The notes under the pieces: model-generated
Told to the model about the DNA's origin: nothing
The model's input: only the letters and a program-made list of their open reading frames with translations
Database searches by the model: none
Program-made: the position numbers and the translations under genes
Shown: piece by piece, positions 1 to 8,566 of the stretch
Numbering within the stretch: the first letter of the stretch is position 1
Layout of the letters: each line of letters starts with the position of its first letter
Source of the DNA: Carboxylicivirga sp. M1479
GTDB lineage: Bacteria > Bacteroidota > Bacteroidia > Bacteroidales > Marinilabiliaceae
Reading direction: 5' to 3'
Length of the DNA stretch: 32,000 nucleotides
Assembly (NCBI RefSeq): GCF_007097485.1
Contig: NZ_VKDE01000007.1
Span: forward strand, 25,402 to 57,401

Positions 1-1730
1 ATAATCAAACAAGCGATGAGGTGATGCTTGAATTAGCTCAAGCGGGTCTGCCTGTAGTTGAACTTTATTATCGAACTAATAAGGGTATAGTTCATCGGCA
101 CGTGGCAGGTTATGAACTGGCCATGGAGGATAAAATTATTAAAAGTTCTTATCAGGTTTTTGCTTTGCCAGCCGGTAAGAGTGTTTGTTATCTTAAAGTC
201 AATACCAACTCAGAACCAATACCCCTTAATTTATACCAACCAAAAGCGTTTGAGTTGGCTTCCAATAGACAAAAGCTGGCCTATGGTATTTATCTCGGAC
301 TCATGTTTTTTGTTGTTTTAAACAGTTTATTCCTATTTATATCATTGCGCAAGCGCTTATACCTGTTCTACTCACTTATTGTATTTATTTATATTTGTTA
401 TTCGGCGATAGTTATCGATGGTTTCATCGTGTACTGGATACCCAACCTGGATCTTAAGCTTTTGTATACAAGTATTCCGGCCATAGGTATTACTCTGCAA
501 ACAATTTATTGCCTGGTGTTTTTGGAGGTTAAAAAGTACTCCATAATTACCTTTAAAGTTATTCGGGGCTTTATCGTTTATTTTGGGATTTGGATGATTG
601 CAAAGTTCTTCTTTACATTTCCAGTTGTTCAACCGATTAATACCATTCATGCGCTCATTTCTTTTGGGATTATGGGGTTTGTTGGTCTTAAAGTGAGCCA
701 AAAAGGAAATCGTTTAGGTCGATTATTCGCGTTAGCATATTTTATCTATTTTATTTTGGTGGCTATTCAAGCTCTTTATATTAATACGGGAGATCCACAT
801 TATATTGGAGGTTTGAGCTATGTGGCCTATGCCACACTTATTGAAGTCCTATTACTTTCGTTTTTGTTGTCGCGTCGTTTTGAGTGGGAGAAGCGCGAAA
901 TTGAAAAAGAAAAACTAGAAGCTCAATATAAGGTTGTTCAAAAGACTTTAGAGAATGAACGAATTGTTGAAGAGCAAAGAAAAATGCTTGAAAAGCAAGT
1001 TGAGGCCAGGACTGAGCAGTTGCAAGAGAAGAATGATCGTTTAATTGACTTGAATAAAGAAAAAGATGGGATTGTTCATGTTATAGCTCATGACTTAAAA
1101 TCGCCACTTTGCACTATTATTGGATATACTGAGTTGATCAAACACGATGCGCAACTTAGTGCCAATCAAATTGAATATTTATCCATTATGGATAAAGTGC
1201 TGAGTGAAGGAGTAAGTTTAATAGATGAGGTACTGGATGTGCATGCATACGGCGTAAGTACCTTGGTAGAGTCGCGAGAGGAGATTCATGTTGAGTCCTT
1301 TATGCTGGGGTGGTTAAAGACTTTTGAACAGGAATTAAAACGTAAAGAACAGGAGATCATCCTTAAAATAGATGTGCAGAATCCAAAAATGTTGAGTAAT
1401 CGAATTCAATTAAGTAGGATTCTTAATAATCTTCTGACGAATTCAATTAAGTTTTCGGAGCGCCAAACTCAAATAATCGTATCGGTAACAGAACTGGAGA
1501 ATACCCTTGATTTTTCTGTTAAAGATTTTGGTCCCGGTATTAGTGTTGAGGATCAGCGTAAGATGTTTAAACAGTTTCAAAAACTATCAGCTAAACCTAC
1601 CGATGGAGAAAGTTCAAGCGGTTTAGGTTTAGCCATTACCAAAAAACTAACTGAGCAGTTGAATGGAAAGATAAAGGTTAAAAGTAAGCTTGGTATTGGC
1701 ACCGAGATTATTATTAAGCTCAGCAAATAA
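1..1730 (+). CDS. 7TMR-DISM-type sensor histidine kinase, probably 5' truncated by the window edge
   Basis: The frame is open from nt 3 to the listed GTG at 21. The first ~85 aa have no signal peptide and look like the end of an extracytoplasmic domain. About 7 hydrophobic helices span aa ~85-290, followed by a coiled coil. Kinase motifs: H-box HDLKSPL, N-box LNNLLTNSIKF, G-boxes DFGPGI and GLGLAI. Confidence 0.8.
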   Translation, partial: NQTSDEVMLELAQAGLPVVELYYRTNKGIVHRHVAGYELAMEDKIIKSSYQVFALPAGKSVCYLKVNTNSEPIPLNLYQPKAFELASNRQKLAYGIYLGLMFFVVLNSLFLFISLRKRLYLFYSLIVFIYICYSAIVIDGFIVYWIPNLDLKLLYTSIPAIGITLQTIYCLVFLEVKKYSIITFKVIRGFIVYFGIWMIAKFFFTFPVVQPINTIHALISFGIMGFVGLKVSQKGNRLGRLFALAYFIYFILVAIQALYINTGDPHYIGGLSYVAYATLIEVLLLSFLLSRRFEWEKREIEKEKLEAQYKVVQKTLENERIVEEQRKMLEKQVEARTEQLQEKNDRLIDLNKEKDGIVHVIAHDLKSPLCTIIGYTELIKHDAQLSANQIEYLSIMDKVLSEGVSLIDEVLDVHAYGVSTLVESREEIHVESFMLGWLKTFEQELKRKEQEIILKIDVQNPKMLSNRIQLSRILNNLLTNSIKFSERQTQIIVSVTELENTLDFSVKDFGPGISVEDQRKMFKQFQKLSAKPTDGESSSGLGLAITKKLTEQLNGKIKVKSKLGIGTEIIIKLSK

Positions 1731-1755
1731 TACGTTATGTTACTAGCTTCTTATT

Positions 1756-3795
1756 CTAGATGTTTTCTAATAACTCCTCTTGTTCCAGTTTATTTTTAAG
1801 TAGTTGATGATTTTCCCAAAACTGCTTCTCAATACCAACTAAAATGTCCATAAATTCAGCATTGTCCTTTAGTTTATCAATCAAGGGATCCAAGGGTGTA
1901 AATAAGGGGACCCATATTTGAATGTGTTCTTCTTTGGCAAAAATTCTCAGATGTTCAATGGCACTCTCCTGATTATTCATATACGCCTCATAGCTGGCAA
2001 GCAGTAAATGACGATAGACCGAATTATCCTGATCGGCGTATGTTTTGTATTCCCTTATGAGTTCTTCCGCTTTGAGAAATTGATCCATTTTCTGATAGAC
2101 ATAAGCGATTTCCAGGTTCTTATGACTGTTCATTTCCAGGTTTAAATATTCTTTAATCCTTAGGTACTTTTCAAAATAGGTGTAAGCTTCTTCCCAATTA
2201 CGTTGGTAGTAACAAACATTTCCTATCTCCAACATAATATCAAAACGGGTACTGTCTTTTGCTAAGGCATTAACAAGCATCTTTTTAGTCTGATCAAGAT
2301 CTTTGTTTTTGGCATATAGCACATAGGCTTTTACGTACTCCGAAAATAGGTTGTTGGGGTTGTAGCTTAATGAGCTGTTGATGCTTTTAATTGCTTCATC
2401 AACAAAGCCATTTTGAATTAACGCATTGCTCAGGTGCAGGTAAATATAACTTGCTGTTAACGAATCGTACGAATTAATATCCAGTCGAATGCCTCGCAAG
2501 GCATACTCCAGATATTTTTGCGTATCGGGCAAGTGGTTGGTATATATATCTGAAAGTGTATTAATTACCATGGCCGAATTTGGGTTGTACTCCAATGCTT
2601 TTTCGAGGTAATCAATAGCTTGCTGGTGGTTGTTGATACGCAGGTAGTATAGTGCTTTTCCTGTTAATGCTTGTGGTAATTCAGGGTCGTACAGTAAGGC
2701 TTTGTCGGCAAAATAAATAAGAGAATCGTTAAACTGTTTATTGGCCATTAGTAGGTCTTGGTAATAATAGGCGATAGATAAAACACCGTAGGCCCGAGCA
2801 AATTTATCATCTTCTTGTACCGCTTGTCGTAGTAGGCTAATGCCATTGTTTAAACCTAGCTCTGTTTCTTTATTTAACTGTTCTACACCTTTTAAAAACA
2901 GATCGTATGCTTGCATATTATCTGTTGGCTTTTGCTCCAAGCGGTTTTGTTCATCTGGGCCGATGACTATTTCAACGGCACTGGCTATCTTTTGTGCTAC
3001 TTCTTGCTGAATTTGAAAGATGTCGGCCAACTCGCGGTTGTATTGTTGTGCCCACAAGTGCTTGTCCTTATCGGCTTGTATCAGCTGTACACTCAGCATT
3101 ATCTGATTACCTATTTTCTGTCCACTGCCCTCAACAATGTAATTAACGTTGAGCTCTTCAGCAATTTCAGGTATGCTTAGTTTCGATTTTCTAAATTTCT
3201 CAACCGAGGTGCGGCTTACCACCTTTAGGTTTTTTAATGATTGTAAATTGTTGAGGATAGATTCCATTAAACCATTTACCACATATATGTTGGTAGAGTC
3301 GTTGCTATCGTTCACAAATGGTAGTACGGCAATGGATTTTTCGAGAACAGTTGCTTTTTGTTTTTGAGAATATAAGTAGCTTAAAATGCTAATGACAATT
3401 AATAGTGCACTTACGGCAAACCACCATGTGTTGATTTTCCTAAGTGGCTTAGGTACGACTATGTGTTCTTCATGCTCTTGTTTTCCTGCCTCTCCAGGAG
3501 AATAGCCATATTGCTCTCTAAAGCATTTGATAAAATACGAGGTGCTACCAAAACCAACCAGAAAGGATATTTCTGATACGGTTTTATCCTTCTCTTTTAT
3601 CAGCAGCATCGCTTCTTCTAATCGAATATTTCGAATAAACTGACTGGCCGAGCAATTTTGTTCTTTCTGAATTCGTCGTAAAAGATTAGAACGACTCATT
3701 CCGATGGTTGCAGCTAATTCCGAGACACCAAACTTTTCGTTGGACAGGTTGCGTTTAATGTGTTCTTTCAATTGCTTGATAAATGCCGTATCCAT
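1756..3795 (-). CDS. Membrane-spanning AraC-family regulator: N-terminal HTH, one TM helix, TolB-N-like module, TPR array
   Basis: The N-terminus carries a two-helix-turn-helix AraC signature (GVSELAATIGMSRSNLLRRI ... VSEISFLVGFGSTSYFIKCFREQYGYSPGE). A TM helix follows (WWFAVSALLIVISILSYLY). Next is the IAVLPFVNDS...NLKVVSRTS...NYIVEGS...KHLWAQQY module typical of TolB-N-like sensor regions, then repeated TPR-like A/Y-rich helices. Paralog of 8567..10444. Confidence 0.75.
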   Translation of the reverse strand: MDTAFIKQLKEHIKRNLSNEKFGVSELAATIGMSRSNLLRRIQKEQNCSASQFIRNIRLEEAMLLIKEKDKTVSEISFLVGFGSTSYFIKCFREQYGYSPGEAGKQEHEEHIVVPKPLRKINTWWFAVSALLIVISILSYLYSQKQKATVLEKSIAVLPFVNDSNDSTNIYVVNGLMESILNNLQSLKNLKVVSRTSVEKFRKSKLSIPEIAEELNVNYIVEGSGQKIGNQIMLSVQLIQADKDKHLWAQQYNRELADIFQIQQEVAQKIASAVEIVIGPDEQNRLEQKPTDNMQAYDLFLKGVEQLNKETELGLNNGISLLRQAVQEDDKFARAYGVLSIAYYYQDLLMANKQFNDSLIYFADKALLYDPELPQALTGKALYYLRINNHQQAIDYLEKALEYNPNSAMVINTLSDIYTNHLPDTQKYLEYALRGIRLDINSYDSLTASYIYLHLSNALIQNGFVDEAIKSINSSLSYNPNNLFSEYVKAYVLYAKNKDLDQTKKMLVNALAKDSTRFDIMLEIGNVCYYQRNWEEAYTYFEKYLRIKEYLNLEMNSHKNLEIAYVYQKMDQFLKAEELIREYKTYADQDNSVYRHLLLASYEAYMNNQESAIEHLRIFAKEEHIQIWVPLFTPLDPLIDKLKDNAEFMDILVGIEKQFWENHQLLKNKLEQEELLENI

Positions 3796-4141
3796 AGACT
3801 ATTTTGGTGCTTGGTTTTTGAAAGTGGAAAGATACAAATTTATCCATTGTGGCGATTGTACGGAAGCTCTTATTCATAAATAATCAAGCATCTGCCAATT
3901 AAAAATAACTGCTTTTTAAAGTCCTCCTGCCAAGCTTATTTTATTGTAAAACCAGCATCAAAACTTATAGTATTAAAGAGAATGCATCATATTTTATACG
4001 CTTGCGCCATAATTATTATGCTGTGTTCAAACTTTATACTGATGGCTACTAGTGTTATAACAGGTGCGTCACGATTCGTGGCAACTTTACATCATCAAAT
4101 TAAAGTATTAATCATTCCCATGTGGATCAAATAAAAAAGTT

Positions 4142-4231
4142 ATGAAACGAGCCATGAGAAGTACTTCTCACACAGGAGTATGATTGATTTTGGCGAGTTC
4201 CATGTGGCAATAAAAAACAAAATATAAACAC
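4142..4231 (+). repeat. Leader module copy 1 (type A), ends at the ankyrin-lipoprotein ATG
   Basis: ATGAAACGAGCCATG, then hairpin GAGAAG-TA-CTTCTC (4156..4169), then CACACAGGAGTATGATT, GGCGAGTTCCAT and an A-rich tail ATAAACAC, immediately followed by ATGAAA of the gene. Confidence 0.8.
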
Positions 4232-4807
4232 ATGAAAACGCTTAAAAAATGTAATTGTAAAATGATGATGGTATTGGTTTCAAGTCTGCTTGTATTGGCT
4301 TCTTGTAATAGCATCGGTCAGAAAAACAATGAGACAAAAGTATCAACTAAAAGTGAGCAATTGATGGATATTCATGCCGCTGCATTTATGGGAGATGTCA
4401 ATACCATTAAAAAGCACGTTGAGGCAGGAACCGATTTAAATAAAAAAGATCAGTATGGATCAACTCCATTGATTGTAGCTGCCACCTTTAACAAAGTGGA
4501 AGTTGCCAAAGCCCTGATTGAAGGTAAAGCTGATTTGAACATGAAGAGCAAAGATGGATCGACTCCACTACATGTAGCCTCATTTTTCTGTCGTGCCGAA
4601 ATTGTAAAGTGTCTTTTAAAACATGGAGCCGATAAAAGTGCTATAGATGCATTTGGTGTCACAGCTTTGCAGTCTGTTTCGGGTTCATTTGCCGATGTGA
4701 AACCTATTTACCAACAATTTAACCGTGACCTTGGCGCTTTAGGATTCAAATTGGATTATGACTTTTTGGAAGAGAACAGACCGCTGATTGCTGAGCTTTT
4801 GAAGTAA
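4232..4807 (+). CDS. Ankyrin-repeat lipoprotein
   Basis: Lipobox-like signal (LLVLASC). Three to four ankyrin repeats (GSTPLIVAATFNKVEVAKALIEGKADLN, DGSTPLHVASFFCRAEIVKCLLKHGADK). Confidence 0.8.
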   Translation: MKTLKKCNCKMMMVLVSSLLVLASCNSIGQKNNETKVSTKSEQLMDIHAAAFMGDVNTIKKHVEAGTDLNKKDQYGSTPLIVAATFNKVEVAKALIEGKADLNMKSKDGSTPLHVASFFCRAEIVKCLLKHGADKSAIDAFGVTALQSVSGSFADVKPIYQQFNRDLGALGFKLDYDFLEENRPLIAELLK

Positions 4808-4827
4808 TCAGAACGATAAACTACTGA

Positions 4828-5883
4828 ATGATGATAAATACAGAGCGCCGATACGATATTGACTGGCTACGAGTAATAGCCATTGCTTTACTTTTGATAT
4901 ATCATGCCGCCATTGTGTTTCAACCCTGGGGTGTGCTCATAGGCTTTATTCAAAGCCAGAAGTCCATAGAAAGTTTGTGGATTCCAATGTCGATACTTAA
5001 TGTATGGCGAATACCGCTTTTGTTTTTTGTGTCGGGCATGGGAGTATGTTTTGCCATAAGAAAGCGATCGTGGAAACAATTACTGTTGGAACGTAGTCAG
5101 CGTATTCTGCTTCCTTTTATTTTTGGTGTTATAGCTATTGTTCCAGTACATGAGCTTTTATGGAAAGGCTACTATAATCAAGAGTTGACTTATACGATGA
5201 GTAGAGGGCATTTATGGTTTCTTGGTAATATTTTTTGCTATGTAGTATTATTGATTCCTGTTTTCTTTTACCTCAAAAGAAAAGCCAATGGCCGCTTAGG
5301 TAGTATGTTAGCGAAAGTATTAAGTCATCCATTGGGTATATTTGTGGTGGCTATTCCGTTTACGATGGAAGTCATGCTAGTAAATCCAGAAGCTTTTGAA
5401 GTGTATGCTATGACCTGGCATGGGTTCTATCTGGGCTTATTGGCTTTTCTGCTAGGTTTTTTACTGATCTATGTAGGTCAATCTGTTTGGAATAACCTAT
5501 TCCAATGGCTTTGGATGTATTTATGCCTTGCAACTGTCTTATTCCTTGTTCGTTTATTGGTATTTGACTTGCAAGCACCCAATTATTTGCTGCCTTTGGA
5601 ATCGATGGCTTGGATTTATGCTGTTTTTGGGTTTGCGTACAAATACTTAAATCGCCCAAGTGGCTTATTGACGTATTTAAGTGGCGCTGCCTATCCTGTT
5701 TATATTCTGCACATGATTTTCCTTTATATGGCAGCCATGTGGATTTTACCAATGGGTATTCATGTACAACTACAATTTGTTCTGGTAACCATTTTAAGCC
5801 TAATGGCAAGCATGTTGGTGTATGAGATTTTAATACGTCGCATACGATGGGTCGGTTTTCTATTTGGATATAAAATCAATTAA
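4828..5883 (+). CDS. Acyltransferase family 3 integral membrane protein
   Basis: N-terminal RRYDIDWLRVIAIALLLIYHA motif characteristic of acyltransferase_3. About 10 hydrophobic helices. Lies 20 nt downstream of the ankyrin gene on the same strand. Confidence 0.7.
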   Translation: MMINTERRYDIDWLRVIAIALLLIYHAAIVFQPWGVLIGFIQSQKSIESLWIPMSILNVWRIPLLFFVSGMGVCFAIRKRSWKQLLLERSQRILLPFIFGVIAIVPVHELLWKGYYNQELTYTMSRGHLWFLGNIFCYVVLLIPVFFYLKRKANGRLGSMLAKVLSHPLGIFVVAIPFTMEVMLVNPEAFEVYAMTWHGFYLGLLAFLLGFLLIYVGQSVWNNLFQWLWMYLCLATVLFLVRLLVFDLQAPNYLLPLESMAWIYAVFGFAYKYLNRPSGLLTYLSGAAYPVYILHMIFLYMAAMWILPMGIHVQLQFVLVTILSLMASMLVYEILIRRIRWVGFLFGYKIN

Positions 5884-5928
5884 GTTAAACTATTGTTGAT
5901 ACTGCGTTCTAAATGATGTTTCAAAGGT

Positions 5929-5965
5929 GCAGATTGAGGTTAAAACCCTCCTGCTTGATTAATTT
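5929..5965 (+). terminator. Weak putative terminator after the acyltransferase gene
   Basis: GCAG(att)GAGG-ttaaaac-CCTCCTGC forms an interrupted 8-bp stem followed by the T-rich TTGATTAATTT. Confidence 0.3.
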
Positions 5966-6020
5966 GGTGAACTATTTTTTATGATAAAAGTCAATTAATT
6001 GTAATTATTACTTTCTTTGT

Positions 6021-6086
6021 GGGTAATGCTAATATACTTGGTAGTACTAACTCTTTAAGGTTTTAGTTAGTACTGCATATTACCCA
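6021..6086 (+). promoter_or_regulatory. Extended imperfect palindrome / leader hairpin upstream of the REC-PAS kinase gene
   Basis: The inner arms AGTACTAACT (6043..6052) and AGTTAGTACT (6065..6074) are a perfect 10-bp inverted repeat. The outer arms are GGGTAAT (6021..6027) and ATTACCC (6080..6086). The structure ends 6 nt before the ORF start at 6093. Confidence 0.3.
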
Positions 6087-6092
6087 AAGAAT

Positions 6093-6335
6093 TTGATTAT
6101 GAAAAGGCATAACCTTCTGGTATTGAATAGCGATGATCACATCGATCAGGCGCTTATGCAGATGGATATTAGTTTTAAGAATGTTCAATCTGTAGATGAT
6201 TTATTGGAAGAGATGCCCGATGTGATTATTGCTGATGGTGAAATGGCTCGAAGAGGAAGATTTCGTTCAACAACTAAAAGCACAAACCGATTTCGCTCAT
6301 ACTCAAATTCTCATCTGCGCCAACAGTATTTCTGA
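6093..6335 (+). pseudogene. Out-of-frame N-terminal half of a receiver (REC) domain belonging to the downstream kinase gene
   Basis: The translation HNLLVLNSDDHIDQ...DVIIADGEM carries the REC acidic pair and the phospho-acceptor Asp. It then runs into junk (ARRGRFRSTTKS). The rest of the REC domain continues in the +1 frame of ORF 6229..8418. Confidence 0.55.
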
Positions 6336-8418
6336 TACTTCAAAACTTCAAACATACATTCTTAATCGAGATGTTGATTTTATTTGTAAACCACTTAATT
6401 CATCAGAGCTAAAATTACGCTTGCGTTTGGCTTATGAAAAGAGTGATGCGATTAAGCAAAAAAGAACCATTGATGGTGAGATTGCGACCCAAAAGATAGC
6501 TGATGCGAAGCCTGAAAAAAGCAAACAGCCAGTTTTTGAGGATGATGTCTTACAAACAATTTTAGGCGAGGATAAGGATAAATACCGTATGATCATTGAA
6601 AATGCTGGTGAGAGTATTCTTTTGATTCAACATGGACGTATTATTTTTTCAAATCCAGCAACAACAAAAATGTTGGGATTTTCCTTTGAGGAATTGTCGG
6701 GTGCTGAATTTGTATCTTTTTTGCATCCCGATGATAAAACGGAAGTGATTGATAATCATCATCAACGACTGAAAGGAAATACAATTCCATTGTATCAAAC
6801 TCGCGTAGTGACAAATAAAGGTGAGTATGTTCATGTTGAGGTAAAAGCAGCTCGCTTTGAATACGATGGGCAGCCGGCTGCTGTTGGATTTTTAACAGAT
6901 GTAAGCGATAAGCTCAAGGTTGAGTCAGCCTTAAAGGAGAATGAAGAGCGGTATCGTTTGTTTTTTGATAAATCAATCGAGCCAATTTGCATTATATCTG
7001 CTCAAACATTTCGATTTTTAGATGTTAATGAAGCTTTTACACAATTGTACGGATACAGTAAGGAAGAGTTGCTTCAAAAGAGTGTAAAAGATATTAGTGC
7101 CCAAAAAGATTTGAGCGAAAGTGCCATTAAAGAGACAGTTAAATCTGGAAGTATCATCATTCCTTCTCGTAAGCATCGGAAAAAGGACGGTACAGTTATG
7201 AATGTGCGTATCTCAGCAGGGCCATTTGTATGGAAAGGCGAAAAGGTGCTTTATGCCATTGTGAGGGATGTAACAGAGCAGCTTTTATTGGAGCAAGAGG
7301 TAAAAGATAGTAAAGAATTGTTGCAAAACATGGCAGATAGTATGTCGGCCTATGTGGGTGTTGCTGATGCAGAAACAATAAAATATAAATTCGTTAATCA
7401 GCGTTTTGTTGAGGCTTTTCAAAAGAAAAGGAGTGACATAATCGGAGCTTATTATGCCGATGTGATGGGGATAGAAAATGCCAATTTTGCCATGAAATAC
7501 ATTAATAAAGTAAGAGCTGGTAAGGCCGCATCTTATATTAATACATTTGGTTTAGCCAGTGGCAAACGTTGGATTAATGTCAATTTCACACCCTCATTTA
7601 ATAGTGAGGGAGAAGTTAAAGATATAATAATTCTAAGTCATGATATTACCAAACAAAAGCAAGCAGAGCTGGACCTGCAGCATGCTAAGGAGCAGTTGGA
7701 AATTCAGAATGGTGAATTAAGAGAGCTTAATGCGACTAAAAACAAATTCTTCTCAATTATCGCTCATGATTTAAAATCTCCTTTCAATGCGCTTTTAGGT
7801 ATCGGCAGCTTGTTAAAAGAGAATTTGAAAAATAATGATTTAGACGGTGCCGAAGCAATGGCTGATCTGATGTACGATTCGGCATCCAATAGTTTTGAAT
7901 TGCTTGAGAACTTACTGAATTGGTCAAGAGTGCAGATCAGTCGGATGAAAATTAATCCAAAGCAGGTAAAGCTTCAAGGGGTTGTTGATGAGGTAATTCA
8001 GCTTTATAATGTTAAGGCCGTTCAAAAGAAAATACAACTAAAAGAATGTTCTCAGAATGATATTGAGGCTTATATTGATGAGGATATGATTAGTTCTGTG
8101 CTTCGGAATCTGGTGAGTAATGCTATAAAGTATACCAAGCAAAATGGAGTTATTAGTATTGACCTTTCTATCGAAAAAGGAAAAACTCAACTAGTAGTAA
8201 GTGATACAGGAGTAGGCATGAATCAACAACGACTGGAAAACTTGTTTAAAGCTGAGAGTTGCTATACCACAGCAGGAACAGATAATGAACAAGGGACTGG
8301 ATTAGGCTTAATTCTTTGTCATGAGTTTGTGCACCTTAATAAGGGGGAGATCAGCGTTAGTAGTGAACCGGGTATTGGAACAACTTTTAAGGTTGTTTTG
8401 CCTTTGTCGAAAACTTAG
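6229..8418 (+). CDS. PAS-PAS-PAS sensor histidine kinase with the C-terminal half of a receiver domain at its N-terminus (hybrid kinase, apparent frameshift)
   Basis: LEEEDFVQQLKAQTDFAHTQILICANS...DFICKPLNSSELKLRL matches REC alpha3 to alpha5 and includes the conserved K-P. Three PAS-like segments follow, then a coiled coil. Kinase motifs: H-box AHDLKSPFNALLG, N-box LRNLVSNAIKYT, G-boxes DTGVGM and GTGLGL. Confidence 0.85.
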   Translation: MLMVKWLEEEDFVQQLKAQTDFAHTQILICANSISDTSKLQTYILNRDVDFICKPLNSSELKLRLRLAYEKSDAIKQKRTIDGEIATQKIADAKPEKSKQPVFEDDVLQTILGEDKDKYRMIIENAGESILLIQHGRIIFSNPATTKMLGFSFEELSGAEFVSFLHPDDKTEVIDNHHQRLKGNTIPLYQTRVVTNKGEYVHVEVKAARFEYDGQPAAVGFLTDVSDKLKVESALKENEERYRLFFDKSIEPICIISAQTFRFLDVNEAFTQLYGYSKEELLQKSVKDISAQKDLSESAIKETVKSGSIIIPSRKHRKKDGTVMNVRISAGPFVWKGEKVLYAIVRDVTEQLLLEQEVKDSKELLQNMADSMSAYVGVADAETIKYKFVNQRFVEAFQKKRSDIIGAYYADVMGIENANFAMKYINKVRAGKAASYINTFGLASGKRWINVNFTPSFNSEGEVKDIIILSHDITKQKQAELDLQHAKEQLEIQNGELRELNATKNKFFSIIAHDLKSPFNALLGIGSLLKENLKNNDLDGAEAMADLMYDSASNSFELLENLLNWSRVQISRMKINPKQVKLQGVVDEVIQLYNVKAVQKKIQLKECSQNDIEAYIDEDMISSVLRNLVSNAIKYTKQNGVISIDLSIEKGKTQLVVSDTGVGMNQQRLENLFKAESCYTTAGTDNEQGTGLGLILCHEFVHLNKGEISVSSEPGIGTTFKVVLPLSKT

Positions 8419-8566
8419 TTGGTAAATTTGTATCTCTTTTTTCAATTCAAAACAATCTACTAGACGGTTATTGTTAAGGAGTTTATTCTGAAATCCAAGT
8501 TTGGCCTTACGTTTTGCTTAAAAAAATCGTAATTTGTTTGATAGGCAAAATGAATGAAGGGAAAAC

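Noticed and set aside
3982-4134. 50-codon hydrophobic ORF (MHHILYACAIIIMLCSNFILMATSVITGASRF...) in the AraC/ankyrin intergenic region
   Set aside because: It is below any reliable coding threshold and sits in AT-rich sequence where such ORFs arise by chance. It has no recognisable motif and its end overlaps the partial leader tail.
4142-4183. Leader-module sORFs (13, 13, 26 and 17 codons) as conserved leader peptides
   Set aside because: Not accepted as CDS. The substitutions between the type A copies are mostly non-synonymous (ST>IA, V>A), although two lie in a hairpin loop. Type B copy 3 has a stop where copy 2a has Lys. The pattern fits nucleic-acid-level conservation better. I keep this only as an alternative hypothesis in the findings.
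8419-8566. Bacteroidota-type promoter boxes (TAnnTTTG / TTTG) upstream of several genes, e.g. TAATTTGT near 8530
   Set aside because: In this AT-rich sequence near-matches occur frequently, and none of those I inspected was an exact consensus at a convincing distance. No promoter is reported as a feature.
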